Shown here one piece after another: positions 11,530 through 24,250 of a stretch of 63,022 bases of DNA; position 1 is the first letter of the stretch; each line of letters opens with the position of its first letter. The translations under genes were made by a program, and so were the position numbers. Below the pieces are notes generated by a model, which saw nothing but the letters and a program-made list of their open reading frames with translations, was not told where the DNA came from and did no database searches. The stretch is from Ancylonema sp. Lineage: Eukaryota. The stretch lies in NCBI GenBank assembly GCA_050230475.1, contig JBFLGF010000162.1:1-63022 (forward strand), written 5' to 3'.

Positions 11530-14500
11530 TCATTGAATTGGAGCCACGTTGTAGTTCCCTCTTTCACTACTTCGTAAATATGGACTAAAGCTGGCACCGT
11601 ATCCTTGTGACGTATCCATACCGGGTCGATGCGAGGCAATCTATTATGATATAATTGCCTTAAAGATCAATGGTTACCATGCTCAAAGATGAAAACAATT
11701 GGGTCCGGATTAAACCCAACGGTTCGATAAGGAAGAAATGTCATACACCTCTTAAGATTCTCCCCAAGAATGACCAACGGGCGTCCGTAGAGGCCTGTTG
11801 AGAGAGCCGCCATGTCCGGAACACTAAACCAATTATGTGGAGGGGCTTCGCCGGCATCCTCGAAGTCAATGCCAGCAATCCTCCTGATGAAGCGGTCCTT
11901 CCCCCAAAAACTCTGAAGCAAAGCAAACCTAGATCGCAGATGACTGATGAGCTCCCTCTCAGAGTGAGACATTCGTTCTCATGTCCCTTCGTCGCCACCG
12001 CCAAAGCTCGGAACCCGCAATTACCATCTCCCTTCACTTCCGTAGCTGACCGCACCGATTGCAACCTCGGTAAAGATATCGGTGGATTAGCGGGGACCGT
12101 TGTGTGTGTGATCTGCAACCCCCCAAAAAAAGAAAAGGTAACTACATGTCACATAATTCCATTTCTTAAAATTTCAAGTATTTCCAAGGCGCGGCAAATA
12201 TTTTTGGTCAATTGCAATAACAAGAAGAAAGAATGAGCAAAACAAATGAGACGAAAGAAAAGTGAGAAAAACCGTTTCTTCATCTACTTACAATAGCGTC
12301 TTCATCATCATCATCAGTGGCCGGAACTTTCGGATTCATCTGCCGAAAATAAAAGGAAGAAGTTAATGGGAACGCAGAGGGGCACTCATCTCAGCCATCA
12401 CATCGAGACAACATGATGTATGAGTGTCATAGTAAAAAGACTCTACAATGTTTTCTTAGAAAGAATAAGTATTAAGAAAAAGTACAATGACAATATTATT
12501 TTGTTAAAAGAAACGGAGTTTCACCTCTTCTTCCTCCCCGATCGGGTCATCGTACATGTCTTCTTTGTCATGCTGCTCCTTGTTTTCGTGTTGTGGGACT
12601 TCCCCTCCCGATGAAAACTGTTAGGAAGGAGAATAACACAAATTTACAAGTGAAGTTGATATGGATTGACAAGGCAAGCCTAAAAAAAACTACGCCAGTA
12701 CAACGAAATAGACGAATAGACGAATGAACAACCCATTGTTGACGTTTTTGGGGTAGAGGAGCTTACCCATTCCGGACACTTATCACGTGTGTGACTAGTC
12801 TTCTTGTAAACAGAGTACCGACGTGGTTTAGGCGTGCGCTCGTAGAACTCGAAGGCAGAAGGTTCATATTTATTGGATGACGTCGGTTTCTCCGGAATGT
12901 TAGTAGAGCGTGGTGGACGGCCTTTAGGCTTGCTTGGGAGGGGTCTTTTGTACGAAGGATGTCGGTCGCAAAAATCTTGTTGATGCCCGAATCGACATAC
13001 TCTCGTTGACGTTCCCCCAAGGACGGGTACATCGCACCAAGCTTAGAGCGGTTTAGAAGGTGGTGAACGTGGTCGGGGGGAAGACCTAAGCGGTGTTGCA
13101 TGTAGTAAGTTGAATGCGTGAAAGTCACCAGTTACAAGGCCCCGCCCCTCTTGATCAATGCCCATGATCTCGTGACGACATGGAACGCCATATACCGGAC
13201 GCAACATGCATTCGCAAGGTGTATCATTGAGCCTCACGACACACTCCGCCTTCACCTGAAATATTGAGAAGGATTAATGAAGTTAAAATATCAAGGGGGG
13301 GGGGGGGAGGGACAACATAAAAGATAGGATGTACTTAGAATTCTAGGATCTTGTAGTACTCACCATGTTTAGTGCATGCGTCGAAATCTTGTTGACGACT
13401 TTGGAAAAGAAGGGGTCACTCAAGTGTTGAGGCCGGACCACGCTATCCTTGCTGATCTCCCGTGTCACATGAACGATACGTTTGTCCAACGCTCTACGCA
13501 TCTGGGAGATAGCTGGAAAAAGGTCAAGTTTTGTGCTCCTCAAATACCCCTTGATGTAAGCATTAATGCCTTCGACCCTGCTCATGGTTGCGGATCCCAA
13601 ATGAAAATGTTGGCAGGTGTACGCACGAACGATTTTGTCGGCATGTTTAAGCCATGTGGTGGACACGTAATCCACGGCCAAAGGGTGAGAGAGTCGGTAC
13701 TTGGCGGCCAAAATTTCCCATGACGCATGGAACTTAGCCACCGTGTTGGATGACATAGCATTTTCCCACTCCGGTGCGAGATCATTGAACAAATCGCCAC
13801 GAAACAGATGTTTTCGCTTGCGATACGCCAACACGTCCTTCCGAATGTGCCACGTACAAAAGAGCGAGGGTACCGAGGGAAACTCGCTCTCTAGTGCCCC
13901 CAAAATCCCCAACACACGGTCCACAGCAAACGCAATGGGGCGAAAACTTGCACCCATAGATTCCTTGAAATGTCGAAATAGCCCACTTGTAGTACTCCGT
14001 GGTCTCAAGGCTCAAGAAAACCTAAGGGGGTGGGACGGTGTAAGAAACAATACGAATTTGAATCAGTACATGTACAAGTGGTAGAAATATACATAGACAC
14101 ATACAAAAAAACATACATACAAACCCATAAGCATATGCAAACGTACATGGGTATTGATACTACGTTCACATTTCCTTCATTACTCAGTATTAGAAATTTC
14201 CATTACCTGGCCGGCGATGAAAGTGTGATTGCTCGGTGTGATGCCCACAATAAAAAATTGAAGGTGATTAACACATGCGATGCCCACATTGTAAGTTAGA
14301 AAAACCAGCCCTCTCAAAGTTGCTATTGTGAAGAGGATAAATTATTTTTTCGGTTGAGTCCATTACTTCTTTAACCTTTAGTAGCAAGAGTACTCACCGG
14401 TTCGTCTTGTACGTGCAATCCATGACAAAAACGTATTGATACTGAAGGGCCAAGTCGCGCGATGGCTTGTAAAAAAAGAAAAGCTTCGTGATGTTGCCTT

Positions 14501-14700
14501 CGTCATCAACATCATGATGTGCGGTCCATTCGTCGTTGTTCAGAAAGTGATCCAGAAGCGCTTGAATTGGAGTACGATTTTTGATGGCAACGCGTTGGTT
14601 TTAGTCAACCTCACAACCTCCTCTACATCCTCCTCCGACCGCTTACGAGCTACGGGATGCACGAGTACACTTTCCGATACACGCCGATACACGCCGGATT
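11530..14700 (-). mobile_element. Decayed intron-containing Mutator-like (MULE/FAR1-type) transposase with SWIM finger and C-terminal OTU-like domain
   Basis: Minus-strand motifs in order: VFVMDCTYKTNR (about 14400-14440), AVDR...LFCTWHIRKDV, SRVEGINAYIK, SWIM CECMLRPVYGVPCRHEI, OTU VKGDGNCGFRALA. Frameshifts and stops are present and the boundaries are approximate. Confidence 0.85.
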
Positions 14701-15090
14701 CCGTGGTGTATTGCGATCCAGGACGTAAGTCGGCGTCGGTATTGTTGAGTTCTTTTTGGTAAGTATTACCGATCATAGTATTTTGTGCTCCCAAATCGAC
14801 GAGAGGTTTCAGTGGTGTATAACCGTTGATGTGACAAATTCCAGTCTTCTTGTCAATTGTTGTAATTTGATAAGTATCAATTGTAAGCTCACTTTTCTTT
14901 CGCGTGTGTGGTGGCTTGTAGGTGCTTTCTACAGGAGCTTCTTGCGTGGCGTTAAGGATTGCCGACAGCTGTAGTGAAGGGTTTTCCAGCTTGCGAACGA
15001 GGTCGTGCGCCATCGTGGTCGCTTTGCTCTGATCGATACAGAGTTTTTGGAGTTCAATTGGCAGCTTGTTGAGGTGGTCGGTAAGCGACC
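14690..15090 (-). pseudogene. Retrotransposon aspartic protease-like fragment
   Basis: PLVDLGAQNTMIG resembles the retropepsin (L/V)D(T/S)GA motif. No RT follows it. Confidence 0.5.
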
Positions 15091-15105
15091 ACCACCACGG
15101 AATCG

Positions 15106-15136
15106 CCACCACCACCACCACCACCACGGTGGTGGT

Positions 15137-15209
<73 letters not shown>

Positions 15210-15211
15210 GT

Positions 15212-15284
<73 letters not shown>
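15106..15284. repeat. Compound microsatellite: (CAC)n/(GTG)n inverted pair followed by about 70 TG units
   Basis: Read directly from the sequence. Confidence 0.97.
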
Positions 15285-15285
<1 letters not shown>

Positions 15286-16872
15286 CTGTGTGTGTTTGTA
15301 TGAGTGAGAGTGTGAGTATGTGCAGACCGAACAAAGCAAACTTTCGCAATCTACAAATAAGAAGAACCCATATTAATACTTTCAAATGGAGTGAGTGGTG
15401 GCCCCCACTCACGCCCACCTCCCAACCCCAAAAATGAAGGGGAAACCTTTATTTGTCTTTATATATAAAAAAAATCAAGTCATTAAAAAAAAAAAAAAAA
15501 CTCAGTTCTACACGTCATTTTTGTCACGTCAACAAAAAAAAACATAATGAAACCAAGAACCCCCGTTGAAATAATAATAATAAACGCCAACGGGACTAAT
15601 GTGGACCAAAAAGTACCGATGTACGGACCAAAACGACTTACGAACAATGCTTGACTATACTAAGCTCGTTTGAAAATGAGCTAATTGATAAGATCCCATA
15701 TTCAAACTTCTAGTAATGTCTTTATGCCAATTTTGTCCTGGTACCACTACAACGAAAGTCGAAATGTTTGGAGTCTTGAAAGTCTTAATAGAAATATAAC
15801 TCCTCCCATGCATTGAATCCTTCCTCTCAAAATCAAATTTCGGTTATACACCCGTCCGTGCAAAAGAAAATTTGGTTGTACTGATTGACGGATGCAATAC
15901 AAATCTGATATTGAAATCTATAACATTCAGGGAAAGAAACTTATAGCGAATATCGTTTATACCGTGTACAATAAACTTTTTATGAGACACTTCGCAAATG
16001 AGTTTTATACCACGTGGGGAGAAGGAAATGAGCTTGAAGAGGCACAAAATTGGATTGAAAACATTCACGATGCCTTGTGATGCTCCATGATATTGTTGAC
16101 CATGTTTGTCATGGCTATGCTCAAGTGTAATGCATACTAGAGTGGTGTAGACCATTGTGGCCAGTGCAACCTCAATAACACAAGAACCCATATCGCTTTG
16201 TAATATGCATGGTGTGATTCTTCTATCAATTTATTATTCCATCGATTAAAGAATACTCATATTGTTAAATTTGAGATATATGGAGCCGAAATATTTGAGA
16301 AAGAGGCTTATTGTCTTTTATTTTTTTCATTTCGTGATCTATAATTTTTTTCTCGTCCTGTTGGACGTAATTAAGTGTCGTCGACTTCATGCGACAATTT
16401 GACATAATTGTAACCAATAAAAACTATATTTGTTCACATTTAAGTTATCAATGATTCGTAAAAAAATATTCGTGGTTCCGGTATTGTTGATGATTTCGGG
16501 CAATGCCTGAAGGATTCCTACATATAAAATACAAAAAAGTAAAAAAAAACGGAATAATTTCTAATAATTTCTGGTGAATGGTTTTACCATCTTATAAATG
16601 ATTGATATGAGTGAGTACGGGTTTGAATAATTGTTTAGGAATCACCTTCGAAACACAATTCGGAATAAGTGCGATGTTCAATCAAACACTCTCACACTCG
16701 TGATATAACACCTTCCATGTAGGTGGGAGCAATTTTTATCCATGTATGAAGCAAGAATCGAAATATTTGAAGAGATAGGAAGAGAGAAAAATATTTTTTT
16801 AGATAGGTCATTAATCTACACGTCAAATTTTGGGTGTACCCGATATCGGACGGAAGATTTTTCGATCGGATT

Positions 16873-17847
16873 TGACGTATCGCAGCGTATCGTTTACCAA
16901 ATACACACAACAACACACGCAATGCCTCGCATTGTACAGAACTACAAGTTACAATGTTTGAATCGTACTTCCCAAGTCACTCCCAAGTGTAAACACACGT
17001 TCCCATAACCCATACTATATCCCCTAAGTCCATATACCCCAAGTATATCCCAACACACCACCCAAGCACAACAAGTGCTGAATTGTTTTTAACTACTATC
17101 CAAAGCAAGGTAAGCTCTCGGTGCCGAAAATGCGAAGCGTAACTAGCGCACAAGCAGGCTCAGAGGTATTCCAGCTACGACAGAATAACATATTGCGCAG
17201 AGAAAACACGATTTGCACGTACACAAGATATTGAATTAAGTCGTCCGGGAAATGTTGTCGGAAAGTGAACACAAGAGTCAACTAGACGTATAAAAGTGGA
17301 GCACCGAGCACCAACCCACTCGAAGAGTGGCGGAAAATCTAACTAACGGTGATGAACTAGTGGCCGTTCAATCCCGGTCGTTTACTCAAATGGCTATTGG
17401 AATCCCTAACCCAATGATTGGTGAAGTAAGGGGGGGCGCCAATCATACTCAATCCTAAGAAGATCCGCAGAAGCTTCTCATTCACTTTACTCTTACTGGG
17501 TCGTACCAAACTCTCTATTCCGTTATAACGACACAATAGTCTATAAGACCGGATATACCGACTCGTTCCTACATAACGGTGCCTGACACGCGTTATAACG
17601 ACACGAACCTAGTCACTACGACAGCTGACGTATCGCAGCGTATCGTTTACCAAATACACATAACAACACACGCAATGCCTCGCATTGTACAAAACTACAA
17701 GTTATAATGTTTGAATCGTACCTCCCAAGTCACTCCCAAGTGTAAACACACGTTCCCATAACCCATACTATAGCCCCTAAGTCCATATACCCCAAGTATA
17801 TCCCAACACACCACACAAGCACAACAAGTGCTGAATTGTTTTTAACT
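16873..17847 (-). repeat. Two 222-bp direct repeats (16873-17094, 17626-17847) bracketing a 530-bp LTR-like segment; probable 3' LTR region of the adjacent Gypsy
   Basis: The repeats are near-identical. On the minus strand the polypurine tract gagggggggag abuts 17847. The spacer recurs inverted at 61473-61998. Confidence 0.8.
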
Positions 17848-20800
17848 CCCCCCCTCGAGACTTGTGAAAGTGAAATGTCACAAAGTCTAGACTCAAGAAA
17901 ACAGAATCTGAACTCAACTACAGGTTGAAAATCTGCAAAAGTAAACTTGTTCCCCCCCCCCAAAAGCTGCATCCCATGCCCCAACTTCACCTTACTAGTT
18001 CCCCCCCACTAATGATACGGGCAAGCCCAAGAGCCCAACGGGATATCTGGCAGGGGGGGTGTAAGACACCATATGTGGAACCCCTGCTGACAGCGATCAC
18101 ACAACACCATAGATTCCTCGCGTTCCCGATTACCATACTCGCGGCAGTAGGTATTGTCCCTACTGAAGTACCGCTCCGGGTAGATTTTCTTGTCAATGAC
18201 AGGTAGGCAGCAGGGGGGCATATTTTTAGCGTGCTCCTCTATGCGCGCACCATCCTGTCCTTGAAGCACCACCTCTCCACTGGCCTTCTTTCGCACCACT
18301 TGAAGGATGTGGGGGTCGGTGGGGACGTCGAAAGACGCCAGAGGTTTCCGTTTGACTAACACGAACTCTCCTGAAGCCACCTCTTCCTTGGCTCTGTCCC
18401 ATGGAGGACCACGGACTAAGCGAAAGTGCGTCTTGTCCGGGTGCTGGGCGATGGCGAGATTGCGCATGGCCAGGGGCACTTCTTGCTGGAAGATCTGCGC
18501 GCGTTCGTCGATGAAGAGACGCACGGCTTCGAGGTCATCTAGGCTGGGCATTGCTTGACCCTCCAGTGCTTGGATTCGGGAAGGGAAGATGGGGTGACGT
18601 CCGAAGAGGATGTAGTAGGGCGAGTAGCCCAGGGCTTTTTGCTGCGTCATCTTGTACCCCATAGCAACATAAGGAAACACAAGGTCCCAATCCGTGGCCG
18701 CACGCTCCAGTAGCGTCTTACGGAGGCCCTGCTTCATAGTTTGGACCATCCTTTCGGACAGCCCATCTGTCTGAGGGTGCCGACGAGAGGCCAGACGATG
18801 GTCAATCTTGAAGTGGGTTAGCACATCCTAAAACTCACCCGTGAACTATGAGCCCTGATTAGTTACTTCTTCAGCAGGAGCACCCATGCGAGTGAGAACA
18901 TACTCTACCAAAGCCCATGCAGTACCAGCAGCAGACTTATCAGGCAAAGGCACCAGTTCAACCCACTTTGTAAAATGCTCGATGAGGACCAACACATACT
19001 TCTACCTCGTTTGGTAACCGGAAAAGGACTACCGAAGTCAAAGCCCCACAGATACCCGAGGCCGCGAATAGGAAAGGGTTGCAGCTCCCGTTGAGGATCT
19101 CGAAAGGTGGCTTTGGCTCGGGCGCAAGAATTGCAGCTGCCGATTACGCCACGGACATCAGATTCCATGCCCTTCCACCAGTAGTTTTTCTACAAGAGAC
19201 CCTGCACACGGTTGACCCCAAAGTGTCCCATTTCCCGATGTACCCGCAAGATCAACTCTAAGCGTGCAAAAGGTACAGGGATGAGAAGCATGATACCACC
19301 CGGATACACCTTATCTACATTCCCCCCCAGCCACCGATATCCTAAAGCCCTTCTATACACTCTGTCGCGCTGTGGTGGATTATATTCCGGGGCATGGCGA
19401 TGATGTTTCAGGAACTCCAGAACAGGTGTGTCTGCCCAAATGTCACGAGTAGAGGCAGCGTCTGACGATGGGGAAACTGCAGCTGCGGGCACAGCTGTGG
19501 GGGAAACTGGGGAGAAAGAGACTGCAGGCAAGGGAGCTGTGGTGCTAGGAAGGGTTGTTGCATGAAACGCAAGGTAAGTAGCAGGGCCTAACACCAGCTC
19601 ATCCTGCACCTGTACATTAGCATAGCAAATAGTCCCCAATTCTTCTTTTTTCTCCCTAAACTCATCATGACTGGATGGCAATGGAAACCTGCTACAGCAA
19701 TCTGCAACAGCGTTGGCGACACTTGGGGTGTGCTTGATCTTGAAATCATATTCCTGTAGGATGAGGGACCACCGAGCTAACCTGCATGTAAGCCGGGAGG
19801 TGGTCATCATCCACTCCAGCAAAAGGAAGGGGGTGCCGATGAAGTAGTGGCGGAAGTGTTGAGCAGCGAGACTTTCTCCGTCGTACGCGCTCTACTTTCT
19901 TTCCACGTCATTGCAGCTGCGACTGGCCAAGGCCACCACTAAATCCTGACCCGCTTCATCATGTTGGCTGAGGACGGCGCCCACACCATCCTGGCTCCAG
20001 TCGGATTGTAGCTAGAAGGGCCGGGTGTAGTCAGGACGCCTCAAGACTAGTTCGGACCACAGCAATTGCTGAAGCTTCTGCATGGCTGCTTGCTCTTTCC
20101 CTCCCCATAGCAAGGGGGGATCCTTCTTGAGTAACTTGTTGAGAGGGGCTGCAATCGCCGAGAAGTGTGGAACGAACTTCCGGTAATAGGAGAACAACCG
20201 CAGCAATGCATGCAAGCTAGACAGGTATGTGGGAGTAACCATCTCCTGAATAGCTTTAGTCTTCTCCATTTGTGGGCGAATGCCGTAAGCATTGACCCGG
20301 TACCCTAAGAAATAAACTTCCTCAGCAGCAAACAAGCATTTTCCAGGGTGTACCTTTAACCCCCACTTCTCCAAGCGTGCAAACACTAGTTCCAAGTGTT
20401 TCAAATGTTCAGCAAACGAAGAACTCCAGATGATAATGTCGTCAATATAACAACGGGCAAATGGTAGCCCAACAAGAACCTGGTCCATGAGACGCTGAAA
20501 ATAGGGAGGGGCGTTCTTCAGCCCGAACGGTACGACGTTCCACTCCCACAGTTGCCGTCGATTGCCCCAAAAGGCGATTTTACCCTTGTCATGCTCCGCA
20601 ACTGGGATTTGGTGGTAACCAGACTTTAAGTCCAATTTGTTGAAGATGGTGGCGCCTTGGAGTTCTTGAAATATATCTTCAATAGAAAACAGGGGGTACC
20701 TATCTAGCTCATTGTAAAGGTTCACGGGACGATAGTCACCACATTGACGCAAGTCAGTATAAGCGCTTGACTTGTCCCGCTTCCTCCCCACCACAGTGGC

Positions 20801-21400
20801 AGAGGCATATTTGGACAGAGAAGATGGTATGATGAGCCCCTGCTTATACATTTTTTAGCAATTTTCCTCTACAAAGTCCCACTCTGTCTTCCCTAGTTTA
20901 TGAGCATGCGAGAAGATGGGTTTGTCAATGGTGAGAGGAATCTCCATGGCGGGTCAAGTAAACCCCCCCAAATCGGCAGTTGAATAGGCGAAGGCACTCT
21001 TATTCTTTTCCAAAAAGTTGGTTGAATCTTCTGTTTCTTCATTATTTAGGTTCCCCCCCAGTTTCCAGGCAGCATCCTCACCTGCAGCAGCCATGAGTGG
21101 CTGCTGGTCGTGAAGAAGTTCTTGGAGGGGCTCTCCTTTCTGCAGCTGTTGATGCTGCAACGTCCGGATCCAATTTTGTACGCACAGGTGGGCCTTGTGG
21201 AGGTGTAGGCGTTCCTCCATGTCGGTGCTATGATGCTGCAGCTCTCCTCCATCGTAGTAAAACTCTCGCTCGTCTGCGTTGTAGTGCAGCGCGAAAAACT
21301 CCACGGGTATGCGCAACGCAGTTTGTTCGTCCCGATCTTCTTCTTCCCCCTCCACTCCCAACTCCCCCCCCCTCAGAGCCTGCCGTGCAGACGTGAGACC
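17848..21400 (-). mobile_element. Degenerate Ty3/Gypsy pol (RT, RNase H, integrase) with C-terminal PHD finger
   Basis: RT motifs DYRPVN, KLDLKSGYHQI, VPFGLKNAP, YIDDIII; RNase H RLARWSLILQEYDFKIKH; integrase HREMGHFG, CNSC, HPQTDGLSERMVQT; PHD MVLCDRCQQGFHIWCLTPPLPDIPLGSWACP. Stops and frameshifts are present and the 5' limit is approximate. Confidence 0.92.
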
Positions 21401-22841
21401 AAGGGTGGAGTCTGAGCCCTAGCGGGGGTGAAGGAAGAGAATGCCGCCAAACCAGCGCAACACGTGAGGGTCGATGGCTTGGCCAATCATCTGGTGGCGG
21501 GAGGCGAGGGAGACAGTGGGACCACCGTCGGTGTCGTCTGTTTCAAAGCCCATGAGGCGCTCTTTCTCAATGATGGTCGGCCCTTCCTAGACATGAGTCT
21601 CGTGGTTGTAGAGCTGGCCAGAACCAGGACGGTTGCCAGATGGGCGCAGCGCATGACTGTTAGGGAAGGAGACGAGGGTGGGCAGAGCGCGGCGTTCCTG
21701 GCCAAGGATGTTGACGATGCTGTGGGGAGGACTGTCTGTGAACTACACAGGGGTTGTGGTGTGAAACTCTTCTAACACAGTGGTGAGGTTGGTCAGGGGG
21801 TGGTTAGGAGGAAGAAGACGACGCAGGGCTGGTGGCGACATCATGTTAGTCCAGAACCGACGGTATCGGTGGGACAGTCCTCCTACCACACACGGGTCCA
21901 CCTCAACAGAATCCCAGCTGAATGACGAAACCCTGCTGAGGGGGTCGCAGGCTCTGGAGAACACCTACGGCACTCGTGTAGACAGGTGGAGGGAAAGGAC
22001 CGAAGTCAGGGGAATAAGTAGGATTAGACATCCCCTCATGTCCTTCATGTTTTACATATGGAATCATCACCGAGTTAGAATTCGGCCGCTTTGGGGTCAT
22101 TTTGACCCCGAAAGTACAGGCTTAGAACGGCTGAGTCAGTCTGCCATAAGATATGCTCTTAGCGGAGCGAGTGCAGCGCATTTCCGTCTATTGCACTATT
22201 GCGCTTTAGTTCATTGGTTTTTTCTCTCCCTCCCTACGCACTCGACTACCTCTTTAGGGCAAGACTGTGACTGCAATTTTCGACCTCGACCATCAGCTAG
22301 TCAGCCATCACCAATAAACCAGCCAACTTTCCAGCTAGCGAGCCAGCGAGGCAGGTGCATTTTCCCCTTCTTTCTCTTGCGGCTGCGCCTGCGACTCTTA
22401 CGCAATGTACGACTGCTACCGGCCAAGCAGACGCCTTACAGCCAGTAAGCCAACGAAACAGATATTGTAATTACGAATTGCGATTGCGCCTGCTACTGTG
22501 ACATGCGAATGTTACAGCCAGCCATCGTGCCATCCAGCCATACATCCATCCAGCCATTCAAGCGCTTTATATGCGTGAATTTCAATATTGCCTCTATAAT
22601 GTATTATACATGAGTTTTTTTGTCTGCATGAATATGTTTGGGTCTGCGACTTATACCTACCTCTTCGAATTTCTGCGATTTTTAATTTCCGGTGCTATTA
22701 TGCCTGCTCTCTTAGATTCGCAGTCATGTACTTTCCAGGCTGATTGTGTGCAACAAATTCATTTTGCAGATGTCTGAATCAGACAGCCAGCCCAGTCAGC
22801 CAGCCCAGCCAGCCAGCCCAGCCAGCCAGCCAGAATACTTT

Positions 22842-24250
22842 TGCCATGACTTCCCTCCCCTTTTATGATTTCTATAACGTCTTTACAGTTTAATAGATCT
22901 GCGCATGACTTTCCCCCCTTTCTGTCACTATTGAACATCATTCGGTACCTCATACAACTCTGCGCATGCTTTCCCCCCCCCCTTCATGATCTCTATAACG
23001 TCATTTCTTACGTTAAATAGATGTGCGCATGATTTCCTCCCCGTTCCTATCACTTCTAAACATCATTCAGTAGCTTTACGAACTCTGCCCAAGCTTTCCT
23101 CCTTTGTTATCACCACTATGATATCATTCTGTACCATACATACCTTTGGGTATGCGTTCCCCCCCGCCTATTGCGTGTATCCATCATTGAATACTGTAAG
23201 AAGCTGTGCTCGTGTGTTCTCCTTTCCTCTATCACCTTATTATTTCATTATGTACGTCAAGTAGCTTTGAGCATGACACCGCAACCTTCTATCACCTCTT
23301 AAACAATTTCAGTACTATAAATGTGAGAAAGCAGAATCAGTGATTGTATAATGAAAGATAAAATGCGTCAATGATTTATCTTAATAGGTGTTGTTGTAAG
23401 AAACATTTGAGTGAAGAAATAAGTTGATTTGGAGTTGTGGTTAGGAAGATATCGATTTTACAAATATAGCGTTTGAGTGCTAATTAGGTGGGCGGATAAT
23501 GCGAGGTCAAAACTTTGAAGTGACCGATACGCGTCTGTGGTCGGAGTTGAGTCATTCTTTGTGTGATGTTTTAATTTAGAGAGATGCACGTGGTGACAGT
23601 AGTTGGCATATTTTGGACATGTGTAAGGTTTGGCTGATCAACGTGTCGACGTTTGTAGTCACTAGTTAAGACATTGTCACACGTAGTGACACGTAGGTGA
23701 CAAGTGGATAGCATCATAAGCTTGGGGCTGTCAATTGCAGCATATAATCTTTGTGAGAGTCGTGTGTGGTAGCAGACGCATGTATTAAGGGTCTTTGGAA
23801 CCCATAAATTTCTTTAATGACTTTGAAAGATTATCTTGTCGAAGTATTCATGGCGTTTTGTTGGATGAGTTTCAGAATTGCACATATGAGTACTTGACTT
23901 TTAATTAAGAAGAGAAGTGCAGTTCAACATGTCATGATAACAACCATTGCGCATCTTCCCCCCTCCCTCTCTCACCTTTGTACCATCATTGAGCACTTTA
24001 AGTAGACAATGCATTTCTTCCTTTTCCCTCTATCACCTCTATATCTTCATTGTGTACTTTTAAAAGCGTTTTGCATAACTTCACCCCCCCAATATCACCC
24101 TTTAATATCATTCAGTACCAAATATATATCTGTGTATGCTTTCCCCCCTCTTCTATCACGTGTATAACATCATTGCGTGTTGTAAGTAGCTGTGCGCAAT
24201 TCCTCCCCGTCCGTCTATCAAATGTATACACAATTCTCTACCATTGTGTA
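22842..24250. repeat. Degenerate minisatellite with about 61-bp period, split by an unrelated 600-bp insert (about 23320-23930)
   Basis: The unit tgcgcatg..ttcccccc..ctatcac...atcatt.agta recurs near 22842, 22900, 22961, 23024, 23086, 23147, 23207 and 23268, then resumes at about 23948-24250. Confidence 0.7.

Noticed and set aside
14929..15437. His/Thr-rich and Cys/Val-rich ORFs of 100-292 aa
   Set aside because: They are translations of the (TG)n and (CAC)n microsatellites.
22842..24250. CRISPR-like periodic array
   Set aside because: The context is eukaryotic, there is no conserved repeat with unique spacers, and no cas genes are present.
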